From an uncultured delta proteobacterium (GTDB lineage Bacteria; Desulfobacterota; Binatia; UBA9968): a stretch of 64,000 nt of DNA. This document shows, piece by piece, positions 52,893 to 62,857 of this stretch. Each line of letters starts with the position of its first letter. Position 1 is the first letter of the stretch. The notes under the pieces were generated by a model. That model saw nothing but the letters and a program-made list of their open reading frames with translations, ran no database searches and was not told the origin of the DNA. The stretch is from the NCBI GenBank assembly GCA_963804165.1, contig CAWDPO010000037.1:1-64000 (forward strand), given 5' to 3'. The translations under genes were made by a program, and so were the position numbers.

Positions 52893-53792
52893 ATGAGCCT
52901 GGTTAATCTTAACGTCATGTACGGCCATCTTGAAGGCGCGGGGGGTGATTTCGCTCGCGATCCCACGGGACATTTATCGATTGAAGCAGGAATATTTGAA
53001 AAGCATGGCCTTAATGTTTCGTGGAATCATGTTCAAGGTACGGAAGAGCGTTATCGCAGACTTGAAAACGGCAGCGCGCAGATCTCTCTGGTCGTCGGCC
53101 GGGCTTCACTGCAACACTTCCTCACTTCGAGAACTACGAGGATTCTTGGTTGCGCGATGAATAGCTGTCCTTACTATCTGATTGCGGCGCCAACGATCAC
53201 GAAGCTGGCGGATCTTAAAAATAAGGCGGTGGCTTGCCGCGAAGGGCCGTTACGCAATACACCCATCGCAGAGACATTTCGAAACCTTGCTCAACTCGAT
53301 GTCGGCAAGAATCTCACGTTACAAATGCCCAAAGGCGACCAAGACGCTTTCAATTTGCTGATCGATGGCAAAGTCGACGGTGCATTCCTACCACGGCCTT
53401 TCGGTTTTATCGCTGAAGAGAGGGGATTTAATAGCATCTCCGAGTGGCCGGATGTGGTCGATGACCCATTGCCCATCACCATCGAAACCAGCGAGAAACT
53501 TTGGCGGGAAAGCGCCGACGATTTTAGAAAGTTCCTGGCAGCACACCAGGAAGGTATTCGCCATTTCAAGAGCCATCGCGACGACGCTATCCGGATCCTG
53601 ACTAAACGCTTCGGGCACTCCGAATCATTGGCGAAAAAAACCTGCAACGACTACATCATCTGCATGGACGAGACGCTGAAAGTGGATTTCAAACAGTTTG
53701 AGAAGCTTCTGGCTCAAGTCGCGCCTGAGAAAGCAATTGACGCCCGCAAGGTGGCGTCCGAGTGGATCGCCACCGGGGCAGTGAAAGAATGA
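52893..53792 (+). CDS. NMT1/SsuA/THI5-type binding protein, no obvious signal peptide
   Basis: AGIFEKHGLNV, LADLKNKAVA, LIDGKVDG. Confidence 0.8.
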   Translation: MSLVNLNVMYGHLEGAGGDFARDPTGHLSIEAGIFEKHGLNVSWNHVQGTEERYRRLENGSAQISLVVGRASLQHFLTSRTTRILGCAMNSCPYYLIAAPTITKLADLKNKAVACREGPLRNTPIAETFRNLAQLDVGKNLTLQMPKGDQDAFNLLIDGKVDGAFLPRPFGFIAEERGFNSISEWPDVVDDPLPITIETSEKLWRESADDFRKFLAAHQEGIRHFKSHRDDAIRILTKRFGHSESLAKKTCNDYIICMDETLKVDFKQFEKLLAQVAPEKAIDARKVASEWIATGAVKE

Positions 53793-53891
53793 GTTCTCGC
53801 CAAGGGTTCTTTCACGGAACCGGGTGGTTTTGATATAGCTCGGCTGAACAATAGTAACTTCATAGCGACAGGACTAGAGGAGGCTGAGCGA

Positions 53892-54905
53892 ATGTGGACG
53901 TTGGGCAGGCCTCACAATGCGAGTTTTTCAACCGATCGAAAGGTGACGGTCTGCGGTCTTTGTGCGTTGGCGATCCTGGCTCTGCTGGCGCAATTTGCCT
54001 CCGCAGCTGAGGTCATGATCGCGTTACCGACGAAAAGTTTTCAGCAGATTATTTTTCCCCTGGCGCTGGAGCGCGGCTACATGAAGGAAGAGGGCATCGA
54101 TCTCAAGATCACCTTCATGGAGCCCACGCCGAGCATCCAAGCCCTGGTCGCCGATAGCATTCAACTCACAGCTTCCGGCGGTAGCGCGTTGGTTGCCATT
54201 GCCAGGGGCGGCATACCGGCGAAAGTTGTGCTCGCCGTAAACGACCGGGTGCACCAGTGGATTCTCAGCCGGCCGAACATCACTAGCATCAAGGATTTGA
54301 AAGGCAGGAAAATCGCCACTACCGGCGTCGCTTCGGTGGCGACGTTCATGTTTAAAAACCTCTTGCCGAAGTATGGCATCGACGGTACCAAAGACGTCGT
54401 CTTTACCGATCCCGGGGTCGGCAATCAAGCTGTGGCGCTGATATCGGGAGCGGTGGACGCCGCTATTGTCAGCGTGGAGCAGCGCTATGCCGGCATCGAT
54501 AACGGCATGAAGGAGCTCATGTATCTTGGCAACGAGGTTAAAAACTCCTGGGGTACAACCGCGGCCTCGGAGAAATTCATGAAGGAGCAGTCAAAGCTAA
54601 TGGCCGGTTTCACGCGTGCGACGCTCAAAGCGCTGCGTTTGATACGCAAGGACCGTGACGGAACGATCGCCGCGTATGTTAAGTTCTCTGGATTGTCTGT
54701 GGCGACTGTGGCGCGTCTATACGACGATTTGATCGGTACCTTCACTGCCAACGGCGCAGTCAACGAAGACACACAGAAGAACGACCTGGCGGTCATCCGG
54801 CAGGTGCTCGATGCCAAAGAGACTCTCGCGCCGGGGCGCGCGTTCGACTTCAGTTTCGCGTTGGAGGCCGACCGCCAGTTGAGCAAGAGTGGCTGGAAGC
54901 CATAG
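53892..54905 (+). CDS. NMT1/SsuA-type ABC substrate-binding protein
   Basis: Signal peptide; ERGYMKEEGID, DLKGRKIA, GNEVKNSWGT. Confidence 0.88.
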   Translation: MWTLGRPHNASFSTDRKVTVCGLCALAILALLAQFASAAEVMIALPTKSFQQIIFPLALERGYMKEEGIDLKITFMEPTPSIQALVADSIQLTASGGSALVAIARGGIPAKVVLAVNDRVHQWILSRPNITSIKDLKGRKIATTGVASVATFMFKNLLPKYGIDGTKDVVFTDPGVGNQAVALISGAVDAAIVSVEQRYAGIDNGMKELMYLGNEVKNSWGTTAASEKFMKEQSKLMAGFTRATLKALRLIRKDRDGTIAAYVKFSGLSVATVARLYDDLIGTFTANGAVNEDTQKNDLAVIRQVLDAKETLAPGRAFDFSFALEADRQLSKSGWKP

Positions 54906-54911
54906 AAGCAA

Positions 54912-54954
54912 TTGGGGTGGTGTGTTGGTGTGATGGAGGAATGGAGTGTTGGGG
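54912..54954. repeat. Octamer tandem array
   Basis: ttggggtggtgtgttggtgtgatggaggaatggagtgttgggg. Confidence 0.65.
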
Positions 54955-55009
54955 CCGATTTGGTACATTTGGATTTATTCAATTAAGATCATTTTGAAGG
55001 AGGATTTAT

Positions 55010-56104
55010 ATGGCAGGGATAATCGATGCGGATACGCATATAGCGGAAGGCGAAGCGATGTGGGCGATGATGGACAAGGAAATGTACCCCCGCCGGCCGG
55101 TGTTGCTCAAATGTCCTGACGATACGCTTTACGGCCCGCGCAACGCGTTTTGGTTGATCGACGGTAATATTTTCCCCAAACCCAACGGCAAGGGCAGTTT
55201 TCGTCTGATCACTCCTTCGGCAACAAAGCTGGAAACGGCGCGCGGCGATATTCACCTCCCATATCGTGAGATGACGGATATTCCTGGCCGGCTGAACGAC
55301 ATGGATAAGTTAGGTGTACAGACGCAGGTGGTGTTTCCGACGCTGTTCTTGATTTACATCACCGATGACACCGTTTTGGACGTCGCGATGGCGCGCGCCT
55401 ACAATCGATTTCTCGCCCAGGCCTGCGCTAAATCCGGCGGCCGGATGAAATGGGTCGTGGTGCCGCCGTTGCATTCAGTGGAAGAGTCGGTGAAAGAAAT
55501 CAAATGGGGCAAAGACAACGGCGCGGTGGGAGTTTTCTTTCGCGGCATCGAGGGGCAACGGACGTTGGATAACCCTTACTTCAACCCGATCTACCAGGCA
55601 GCGAGCGATACGGATCTGCCGATCCTTATTCACACCGGCGCGGGATGTCCGCTGTTCTTGAATCTCTTCGATGTCGAGCGAAACCACACTTTCGGTCACA
55701 GCCGCGTGCAGCCGCTGTTCGCGTTCCGCGACCTGATCGCCAATAAAATTCCAGAACAGTTTCCGCGTCTAAGATTCGGTTTCATCGAAGCTTCGGCGGG
55801 TTGGGTGCCGTTTATGATGCATATTGTGAAAAGACTGTTCCGCGAGAAGTGGAAATTCTCCTCGGACAAAGACATGTTTCGCGAATACCGAATTTTTGTC
55901 GCCTGCGAAGCGGACGAGGACGTCAAGTATATTTCCGAATATACAGGTGAAGATCACTTGATCATCGGCTCGGACTACGGTCATCAAGATCCGTCCGAAG
56001 AGCGCCAGCTCGTCGCCGCCATGCGCGCGCGCGAAGACATTCCACCGGCGCTCACGGATAAAATATTCTTCGACAATCCGAAGCTTCTCTATCCGCTTAA
56101 CTGA
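55010..56104 (+). CDS. Amidohydrolase_2 family protein
   Basis: IDADTH, VFPT, IHTG, FIEAS, GSDYGH. Confidence 0.9.
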   Translation: MAGIIDADTHIAEGEAMWAMMDKEMYPRRPVLLKCPDDTLYGPRNAFWLIDGNIFPKPNGKGSFRLITPSATKLETARGDIHLPYREMTDIPGRLNDMDKLGVQTQVVFPTLFLIYITDDTVLDVAMARAYNRFLAQACAKSGGRMKWVVVPPLHSVEESVKEIKWGKDNGAVGVFFRGIEGQRTLDNPYFNPIYQAASDTDLPILIHTGAGCPLFLNLFDVERNHTFGHSRVQPLFAFRDLIANKIPEQFPRLRFGFIEASAGWVPFMMHIVKRLFREKWKFSSDKDMFREYRIFVACEADEDVKYISEYTGEDHLIIGSDYGHQDPSEERQLVAAMRAREDIPPALTDKIFFDNPKLLYPLN

Positions 56105-56145
56105 GACTCATGCGACACGTTCTCTATCTCATCTATTTTTTCTGA

Positions 56146-56180
56146 CCCCTCTCCCTCGTCATGAGGGAAGGGTGAGGGTG
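56146..56180. repeat. Palindrome CCCCTCTCCCTC..GAGGGAAGGGTGAGGG
   Basis: Intergenic hairpin with pyrimidine/purine arms. Confidence 0.6.
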
Positions 56181-56204
56181 TGAAGCACAGAGTGGAGAAC
56201 TCCG

Positions 56205-57221
56205 ATGAAAAAATCGCTGGTTGAATCACGGTTCCCGCAACCGTCGGGTCAAATCTCGGTCATCGTCATAATTCTATTTTTGCTCTTGCTCGACCAGAAT
56301 TTCGGAATCGCTCAGTCACTTCAGACCATCAACATGGCGGTCCCGGCGAAAAGCTTCCAGATGGTGCTCTATCCCGTCGCTCAACAGAAGGGCTACATGA
56401 AGGAAGAAGGGCTCGATCAAAGGGTGATCTTCGTGGCGCCGACAACGAGCATCCAGGCGATGCTCGGCGGCGATATTCAGTTCACCGGCGCAGGCACGAG
56501 CGCGCTGGTGAGCATCGCTCGGGGGAGTGCGCCGCTAAAAGTAGTGGCCGCGACCAACGATCGGGTTCTTCAATGGCTGGTCACCCGCCCTGAGATCACC
56601 AGTCCTAAAGAGCTCAAGGGCAAGAAAATCGCCACCACCGGCGTCGGCGCCGTCGCAACCTTTATGGTGAAACAGGTCCTGACCAAGCACGGCCTGGATG
56701 GCAACAAAGACGTGACGTATCTCGACGTCGGGCAAGGGAATCAGCTTGCGGCGCTCCTTGGCGGTGGATTCGACGCGGCGGTACTGAGCGTCGAGCAGCG
56801 CTACGTGGCAATGGATAAAGGCATGCGCGAAATGTTTTTCATGGGCAACGAGGTGAAAAACTCATGGGGAACCCTCGCGACCACGGACAAGCTCATTAAG
56901 GAAAACCCGAAGATGGTTGGCGGCTTCGTGCGTGCGACGATCAAGGCATTGCGCTATCTGCGCCAGGACAAGGAGGGCACGATCTCCGCCATGGTTAAAT
57001 TCTCCGGCGTCTCGCGCCAGCAATCTACCCGTGTCTATGACGACATTATCGGCACCTTCACGCGCAGCGGCGTCGTCGACGATGAAACACAAAGAAACGA
57101 TCTCGCGATTATTCGCCAAGTCGTCAGCGGGAATGAAACCGTGGCTAACAACAAAGCCTACGATTTCAGCTTTGCCGTCGACGCCGATCAACAGTTGAAT
57201 AAGACCGGGTGGAAGCCATAG
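56205..57221 (+). CDS. NMT1/SsuA-type ABC substrate-binding protein
   Basis: Paralogue of 53892..54905 (GYMKEEG, GNEVKNSWGT, GWKP end). Confidence 0.88.
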   Translation: MKKSLVESRFPQPSGQISVIVIILFLLLLDQNFGIAQSLQTINMAVPAKSFQMVLYPVAQQKGYMKEEGLDQRVIFVAPTTSIQAMLGGDIQFTGAGTSALVSIARGSAPLKVVAATNDRVLQWLVTRPEITSPKELKGKKIATTGVGAVATFMVKQVLTKHGLDGNKDVTYLDVGQGNQLAALLGGGFDAAVLSVEQRYVAMDKGMREMFFMGNEVKNSWGTLATTDKLIKENPKMVGGFVRATIKALRYLRQDKEGTISAMVKFSGVSRQQSTRVYDDIIGTFTRSGVVDDETQRNDLAIIRQVVSGNETVANNKAYDFSFAVDADQQLNKTGWKP

Positions 57222-57274
57222 TTTTGCGCATGGAAGTGCGGTCCAGACTCCAACCGGCTATAGGAGAGACGAGG

Positions 57275-58030
57275 ATGGAGCAGGAGATTAATCAGAAAAA
57301 GCTAGCCGTGCTGATCGACGCGGAAAATACTCAAGCCTCGATCATTGATGCCTTGTTGGCAGAAATAGCAAAATACGGCATTGCGAGCGTCAGGCGCATC
57401 TACGGCGACTGGACCACGACTTTGTTAAGAGGGTGGAAGGATGTTCTGTTGGAACATGCCGTCCAGCCGATTCAACAATTTCGCTATACCGTCGGAAAGA
57501 ACGCTAGCGATAGTGCGTTGATCATTGATGCAATGGACTTGCTTTATACGGAGAAAATGGATGGCTTCTGTATCGTTTCGAGCGATAGTGACTTTACGCG
57601 TTTGGCATCGCGGATTCGAGAGGCGGGTCTGGCCGTGTATGGTTTTGGTGAAAAAAAGACTCCCAAAGCATTTGTCGGAGCTTGCGATAAGTTTGTCTAT
57701 ACCGAGATACTTCGGGAGGATGAGCCGGCCGGCTCCCCAACAAAGAAAACCACTACGGACCTGAACCAGGATACGACGCTAGTTAATCTTTTGAAAAACG
57801 CCGTTGAACACTCTGCGAGTGAAGATGGCTGGGCGTATTTAGGGCAGATTGGACAACACATCGCAAAGCAGGCTCCGGAGTTTGATCCCCGCAACTATGG
57901 ATACAAGAAACTTGGCGACTTGGTTAGAGTCACTCAACTTTTCGAAATAGATGAACGGCGTTCTCCCGACTCTCCGGGGATATCCATATACGTGCGGGAT
58001 AAACGCAAGAAATTGGCAACTGGAGTTTAA
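57275..58030 (+). CDS. NYN-domain protein (LabA/DUF88) with OST-HTH domain
   Basis: LIDAEN, IYGDW, GKNASDSALIIDAMD, VSSDSDF, FDPRNYGYKKL. Confidence 0.92.
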   Translation: MEQEINQKKLAVLIDAENTQASIIDALLAEIAKYGIASVRRIYGDWTTTLLRGWKDVLLEHAVQPIQQFRYTVGKNASDSALIIDAMDLLYTEKMDGFCIVSSDSDFTRLASRIREAGLAVYGFGEKKTPKAFVGACDKFVYTEILREDEPAGSPTKKTTTDLNQDTTLVNLLKNAVEHSASEDGWAYLGQIGQHIAKQAPEFDPRNYGYKKLGDLVRVTQLFEIDERRSPDSPGISIYVRDKRKKLATGV

Positions 58031-58107
58031 AGGTTTACGTTTGCCGGCGATTTTTCTGAACGAATCAGAGTGAGATGACGCGCATGATTCGGACACGGTA
58101 GGGCTAT

Positions 58108-58201
58108 TCTAATTTGCGTCAGCTCGGTCTTCGCTAACTCCTCGACGAACTTCACCAGACCGGAATGATTGAGATCGCGGTTGCCCATGCTTTTCATGGC
58201 C
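58108..58201 (-). pseudogene. Remnant copy of the 3' end of the garR-like gene
   Basis: Translates AMKSMGNRDLNHSGLVKFVEELAKTELTQI*, versus AMKGMGNGDLDHSGLVKLVEELAKSELTAKP* at 60588..60683. Confidence 0.8.
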
Positions 58202-58204
58202 TCT

Positions 58205-59347
58205 TTACGGCCGCCAGCCGGATTGTGTCAATTGGCGGTCGGCGTCGCGGGCGAAGCGGAAGTCGTAGGCCCTCTGAACCGGAATGGTATCGGGAGTCTT
58301 CAAGATCTGCCGGATAACTTCAATGTCGTTGCGCTGAGTTTCTTCGTCGACCATGCCGGTTTGATTAAAGGTGCCGACGAGATCGTCGTACATGCGCGTG
58401 GCGACATTTTTGTCTAGACTCGCGAACTTCATGGCGACCGCGATGGTCGCGTCGCGCTCCTTACGAATGAAGCGCAGCGCCTTCAACGACGCCTTGATCA
58501 TGCCGGCTACGAGCTTCGGCTTTTCTTGAATCAATTGATCGGTCGTCGCCATCGTGCCCCAGGAATTCTTCACTTCATTGCCGATGAACGACAATTCTCG
58601 GAAACCGGCAGGAACACCGATGTAACGTTCCGCCGTGGATGCGACGACGCCGTCGACCGCACCCGCCATCAAAGCGCGCACGCCGTTGCTGCCGCCGCCG
58701 GTGTTGATGAAATTAATATCCCGATCGGGATCGATGCCGTGTTTTTGCATGACTTGCTTGGCCATGATCAGGGTCACATTGGCCACGCCGCTGGTGGCGA
58801 CGCGCTTGCCCTTGAGCTCTTTGAGGCTCGTGATTTCCGGTTTGCTCAAAATCCAGGACAGAACTTTATCGTTGGTGGCGAGAATCACTTTGAACGGCGC
58901 GCCGCCTTTCATGACGTTTACCACCGCCATGGTGCCGGCCATGTTAAACTGAAAGCTGCCCGCCATCGTCGCCTGCACACTCAGCTCGGCGCGGGCGAGG
59001 ATCACGCGCAGGTCGATGCCTTCTTCCTGCATATAGCCGCGCTCTTGCGCGATCGGATAGAGGATCATCTGAAAGTTTTTGTTGCTCAGAGCCATGTTGA
59101 CGGTCTCGAGGGCAGCGGCATTGGCGGCGAGTAGTTTGAATGACGCCGCGACAGTGACTAGAGTCCTGAGCCAGAAGTTTTTTGAACCGATCGAAGCATT
59201 AAATTGGCCAATCCCCCCTTTAAAAAAGGGGGGAAGGGGGGATTTTCTCAAGCACACAGATTTCGAAATCCCCCTCAGTCCCCCTTTTTCAAAGGGGGAA
59301 GTGATGATGGAGTTAGCAAACATATTTTCGGGACAAGGTATTCGCAA
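58205..59347 (-). CDS. NMT1/SsuA-type ABC substrate-binding protein
   Basis: Third paralogue (GNEVKNSWGT). Start uncertain because a palindromic repeat lies in the 5' region. Confidence 0.86.
   Translation of the reverse strand: MRIPCPENMFANSIITSPFEKGGLRGISKSVCLRKSPLPPFFKGGIGQFNASIGSKNFWLRTLVTVAASFKLLAANAAALETVNMALSNKNFQMILYPIAQERGYMQEEGIDLRVILARAELSVQATMAGSFQFNMAGTMAVVNVMKGGAPFKVILATNDKVLSWILSKPEITSLKELKGKRVATSGVANVTLIMAKQVMQKHGIDPDRDINFINTGGGSNGVRALMAGAVDGVVASTAERYIGVPAGFRELSFIGNEVKNSWGTMATTDQLIQEKPKLVAGMIKASLKALRFIRKERDATIAVAMKFASLDKNVATRMYDDLVGTFNQTGMVDEETQRNDIEVIRQILKTPDTIPVQRAYDFRFARDADRQLTQSGWRP
59210..59301. repeat. Intact CCCCC-TTT-AAA-GGGGG palindrome doublet
   Basis: aatcccccctttaaaaaaggggggaaggggggatt...aaatccccctcagtccccctttttcaaagggggaag. 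Confidence 0.88.
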
Positions 59348-59395
59348 CGGTTATAGTGCATCAATCACTGAGCTGGTCAGTGGCCTGTATTCAAG

Positions 59396-60499
59396 TCAGA
59401 GACCGTACAACCGGCAGGGATTGTCCCGCACCATTTTGTCGACGACGCGTTTCGGTATGGTGGTCAACGAATTGAGCGTCGGCAGCAGGTTGCGTTGTTC
59501 AAAGGGATCGTTGTGGCCGTAATCCGAGCCGATCACCAGATTATCCTCACCGATGCAGTCCACGATGACGGGAAGGTTTTCGCTGGTTTCACAAGCGATA
59601 AAAATGCGAAACTCGCGAAAAAGATCTTGGGTCGAAGAGAATTTCCATTGCTCGCGGAATTGCCTTTTAAAGGAGTGCAACAGATACGGCACCCACGTCG
59701 CATAGGATTCGATGAAGCCGATTCTGAGCTTGGGAAACTTTTCAGGGATCCTGTTGTTGACGATGTCATTAAAGGCGAACAGCGGCAGGATCGCCGAGTG
59801 AGACCACTGGCGATTGCGCTCCAGGTCGAAGAAGTTGATGAGCGTCGGGCAACCCGAGCCTTGATGAACGCAGATCGGCAGATCGAGATCGCTCGCTTCC
59901 TGATAGACCGGGAAAAAGTACGGATCATCCAGCGTTCGAGTGCCCTCGATGCCGCGAAAAAAAACTCCCACCGCGCCATGTTCTTTTGCCCAACGCAATT
60001 CTTTGAGCGACTCTTCAATGGAGTGGAGCGGTGGAATCACCACCCATTTCAAGCGATCGTTTCCTTTCGCGCACGCCTCGGCCATCCAACGGTTGTAGGC
60101 GCGGCACAACGCGACCTCAAGAGCGACGTCGTCAGTTAAGTAAATTAAAAATAGCGTCGGGTAAATCACCTGTACGTCGAAACCAGACTTGTCCATGTCG
60201 CGCAAACGCGCTTCGGGGTCGGTGATCTCCCGACAACCGGTGCTGATGTCCGTGCGGGTTTGCTGTTTCTTCGCCGCTGACGGCGTGATCAGCGCGAAGC
60301 CGCCTTTGCCGGCAGGCTTGGGGAAAATATTGCCGTCGATCAGCCACATGGCGTTTCGGTCGCCATAGAGAGTATTCTCCGGCACGGATATCAACACCGG
60401 CCGGCGGTGATACATCTCACGCTCGAAATGCTCCCACATCTGGTCATTCTCGGAAACGTGGGTATCGGCGTCGACGAGTTTGGCGGCGGTTCCAGACAT
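59396..60499 (-). CDS. Amidohydrolase_2 family protein
   Basis: VDADTH, IYPT, VHQG, GSDYGH; paralogue of 55010..56104. Confidence 0.9.
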   Translation of the reverse strand: MSGTAAKLVDADTHVSENDQMWEHFEREMYHRRPVLISVPENTLYGDRNAMWLIDGNIFPKPAGKGGFALITPSAAKKQQTRTDISTGCREITDPEARLRDMDKSGFDVQVIYPTLFLIYLTDDVALEVALCRAYNRWMAEACAKGNDRLKWVVIPPLHSIEESLKELRWAKEHGAVGVFFRGIEGTRTLDDPYFFPVYQEASDLDLPICVHQGSGCPTLINFFDLERNRQWSHSAILPLFAFNDIVNNRIPEKFPKLRIGFIESYATWVPYLLHSFKRQFREQWKFSSTQDLFREFRIFIACETSENLPVIVDCIGEDNLVIGSDYGHNDPFEQRNLLPTLNSLTTIPKRVVDKMVRDNPCRLYGL

Positions 60500-60587
60500 A
60501 AGTTCCTCCAGTGCGTGGGTCGTTTTGCGGCCAAGCTAGTCGAGTGGGGACAAGCTTGTCAATCTTGCGAGGGCGGCGTTACTGGTT

Positions 60588-61487
60588 TCATGGTTTCGCA
60601 GTCAATTCAGACTTCGCCAACTCCTCTACGAGCTTGACCAAACCGGAATGATCGAGGTCGCCGTTGCCCATGCCTTTCATGGCGGTCATCATCTGACCGA
60701 CGACGCCGGTCACCATTAATGGCACGCCATACTCCGACCCCGTCGCCAGCGCGATCTTCATGTCTTTTTCGTGCAAGCGAATGCGAAAGCCAGGTTTGAA
60801 ATTGCGATCGAGCATCTTCTGCCCATGCGCTTCAAGTATTTTTGATTGTGCAAAGCCGCCCAACAACGCTTCGCGCACTTTCGCCGGATCGACGCCGGCT
60901 TTCTTGGCTAGCACCAAAGCTTCGCTGACGATCGCGATGGTCGTGCCGACGACCATTTGATTGGCGGCTTTCGTCACCTGGCCGGCGCCGGCTTCGCCGA
61001 CGTGTACAATATTCTTTCCGAGCGCCTGAAAGATCGGCATCGCCCTTTCCACGCCCGACGCCTTGCCGCCGATCATGATCGACAAGGACGCGCCGATCGC
61101 GCCGGCTTCGCCGCCGCTTACCGGCGCGTCGAGCATGTCGCAGCCGCGCTTCTCGGCCTCGGCCGCGAGCTTGCGCGCCACGATCGGTGAGATGCTCGAC
61201 ATGTCGACCAGTAACGTGCCGGATTTTAAGTTGGAGAAGATTCCCTGCTCGCCGGCGTAGACGAGTTCGACATCGGGAGAATCAGGCAGCATAGTAATTA
61301 TGACTTCGCTGCGTGCGGCGACTTCTTGGGAATTGGCTGCAGACTGCGCGCCTTCTTTGCTCAGTTCATCCATCGCCGCGCGGCTGCGGTTGTGAACGAC
61401 CAACGTATATCCGGCCTTCAGTAAATTTCGCGCCATGGGTTTGCCCATGATGCCGAGACCGATGAACCCGATGACTGGATTACTCAT
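60588..61487 (-). CDS. garR: 2-hydroxy-3-oxopropionate (tartronate semialdehyde) reductase
   Basis: GFIGLGIMGKPMARNL, DAPVSGGE, GQVTKAANQ, FKPGFRI.LH.KD. Confidence 0.88.
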   Translation of the reverse strand: MSNPVIGFIGLGIMGKPMARNLLKAGYTLVVHNRSRAAMDELSKEGAQSAANSQEVAARSEVIITMLPDSPDVELVYAGEQGIFSNLKSGTLLVDMSSISPIVARKLAAEAEKRGCDMLDAPVSGGEAGAIGASLSIMIGGKASGVERAMPIFQALGKNIVHVGEAGAGQVTKAANQMVVGTTIAIVSEALVLAKKAGVDPAKVREALLGGFAQSKILEAHGQKMLDRNFKPGFRIRLHEKDMKIALATGSEYGVPLMVTGVVGQMMTAMKGMGNGDLDHSGLVKLVEELAKSELTAKP

Positions 61488-61509
61488 CTTAACGTCTCCG
61501 TCCTTAGTT

Positions 61510-61911
61510 TTATTGATGCTCGGCTCGCCATGTGAACAACGTCCAAAGAAAGCTGCCGAAATCCTGTATCGAAAAAATAAGAGCCAGTGGTCCGGGAATA
61601 ATGTTCAGATACCAAAGGATCGCCATTGCAAAGGGCACCAGCGGCCGATCGAGCATCGAGGCGAAAACAAATCCTTCCGCGTTCAAGCGTCCGCTGGCGA
61701 TATAGAGCATGCCGAGTCCGCTCACGAGCAGCCCGACGAGTCGATAATAGTTTGCGCTTTGTTCGGAGAGCGGCGGTATGCCGATCAGAGAAGCCGAGAA
61801 ATGCGGCGCGAATAGCACGATGGTTCCCTCGATCAGAATCAACCAGCCGAAAACCTCTACGGTCTTGGCTGAGCGGCTTTGCCCTTCGGCGCTGAGTAAA
61901 CGGTGGAACAT
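61510..61911 (-). CDS. Hypothetical four-TM membrane protein
   Basis: 133 aa, four hydrophobic segments. Confidence 0.72.
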   Translation of the reverse strand: MFHRLLSAEGQSRSAKTVEVFGWLILIEGTIVLFAPHFSASLIGIPPLSEQSANYYRLVGLLVSGLGMLYIASGRLNAEGFVFASMLDRPLVPFAMAILWYLNIIPGPLALIFSIQDFGSFLWTLFTWRAEHQ

Positions 61912-62069
61912 ACAACGACAGCGGTTCCTCTCGATTACGGGTGAGATTTGCTCCGGCTAATGAACCACATATGCAAATGTGTTCGTAAAGGCAAGTTACG
62001 AAATGCCTCGGCGGGGCATGATGAAAGAGTCTTTTCATGGCGATACAAGTTGCGATAAAGTCGCGCATT

Positions 62070-62756
62070 ATGAAGACGACATTATTTAATTGGCTCGGTC
62101 GCGAGTTCGTCGAAATTATTGGCGAGGGAAAGGCCGGGGCGCCGCCGGAGATCGCGGCCAATGAATTGTTCCAGCAATTCGAGGCGGAGCTCAAGTCGCA
62201 CGGTTTGTCACTCGATAACACCGCGCGTATCCGTGTGTGGGGCCGAGATAGGGACGCGCGGACATTGGCGACCGCGGCGCGGTCAAAGACTCTCACCGGT
62301 AATCGCAAGGCGGCAAGCTCGAGCTTCATTTCAAGAGAATGGTTTGATTCAGACGCAACTGCCGGTTTGGAGCTGCTGGCGATGCGACCCATTGGTCCGG
62401 CCGCTGAGCGGCGACCGGTCGACTTCGAGCCGGCGAGAAATTATCTCTGTTATTTGCGTTACGACTCGTGGCTGTTCTACTCAGGCTTCACGTCGGATGT
62501 TCCGACTCTGGACGAACAGGTGCCGGACGTTTTGCGGACTCTCGCCAATGCCTTCGCGGTGTCAGGCGCAAGCTGGAGCAAAGTCGTGAAGCTCTCGATG
62601 TTGCTTGATCGAACTCAGAAACTTGAGACATTGCGCAATCTTCTCGCCCAGGAGCCCCAATCGAACATTCCTGAAGTGGAAGTCATTTTCGTCGACGGCT
62701 TTGCCGGGGAAAAGTATTTGATAGAGATCGAAGCGACGGCGCTGATCAATTGGTAG
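62070..62756 (+). CDS. RidA/YjgF-like protein with tandem domains
   Basis: LFYSG, SWSKVVKL, LIEIEATA; the N-terminal half repeats the fold pattern. Confidence 0.72.
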   Translation: MKTTLFNWLGREFVEIIGEGKAGAPPEIAANELFQQFEAELKSHGLSLDNTARIRVWGRDRDARTLATAARSKTLTGNRKAASSSFISREWFDSDATAGLELLAMRPIGPAAERRPVDFEPARNYLCYLRYDSWLFYSGFTSDVPTLDEQVPDVLRTLANAFAVSGASWSKVVKLSMLLDRTQKLETLRNLLAQEPQSNIPEVEVIFVDGFAGEKYLIEIEATALINW

Positions 62757-62840
62757 AGTTCAAGGTTCAACGTTCCGGAGTTCAAGGGGCCGAATCGGGA
62801 ATCGCCAAACTTTGAACCTGGAACATTGAGCGCTTAAACC
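62757..62840. repeat. Inverted heptamer arrays (GTTCAAG / TTGAACC)
   Basis: agttcaaggttcaacgttcc ... tttgaacctggaacattgagc, between convergent genes. Confidence 0.75.
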
Positions 62841-62857
62841 GGCGTAGCCGTCTTCGG

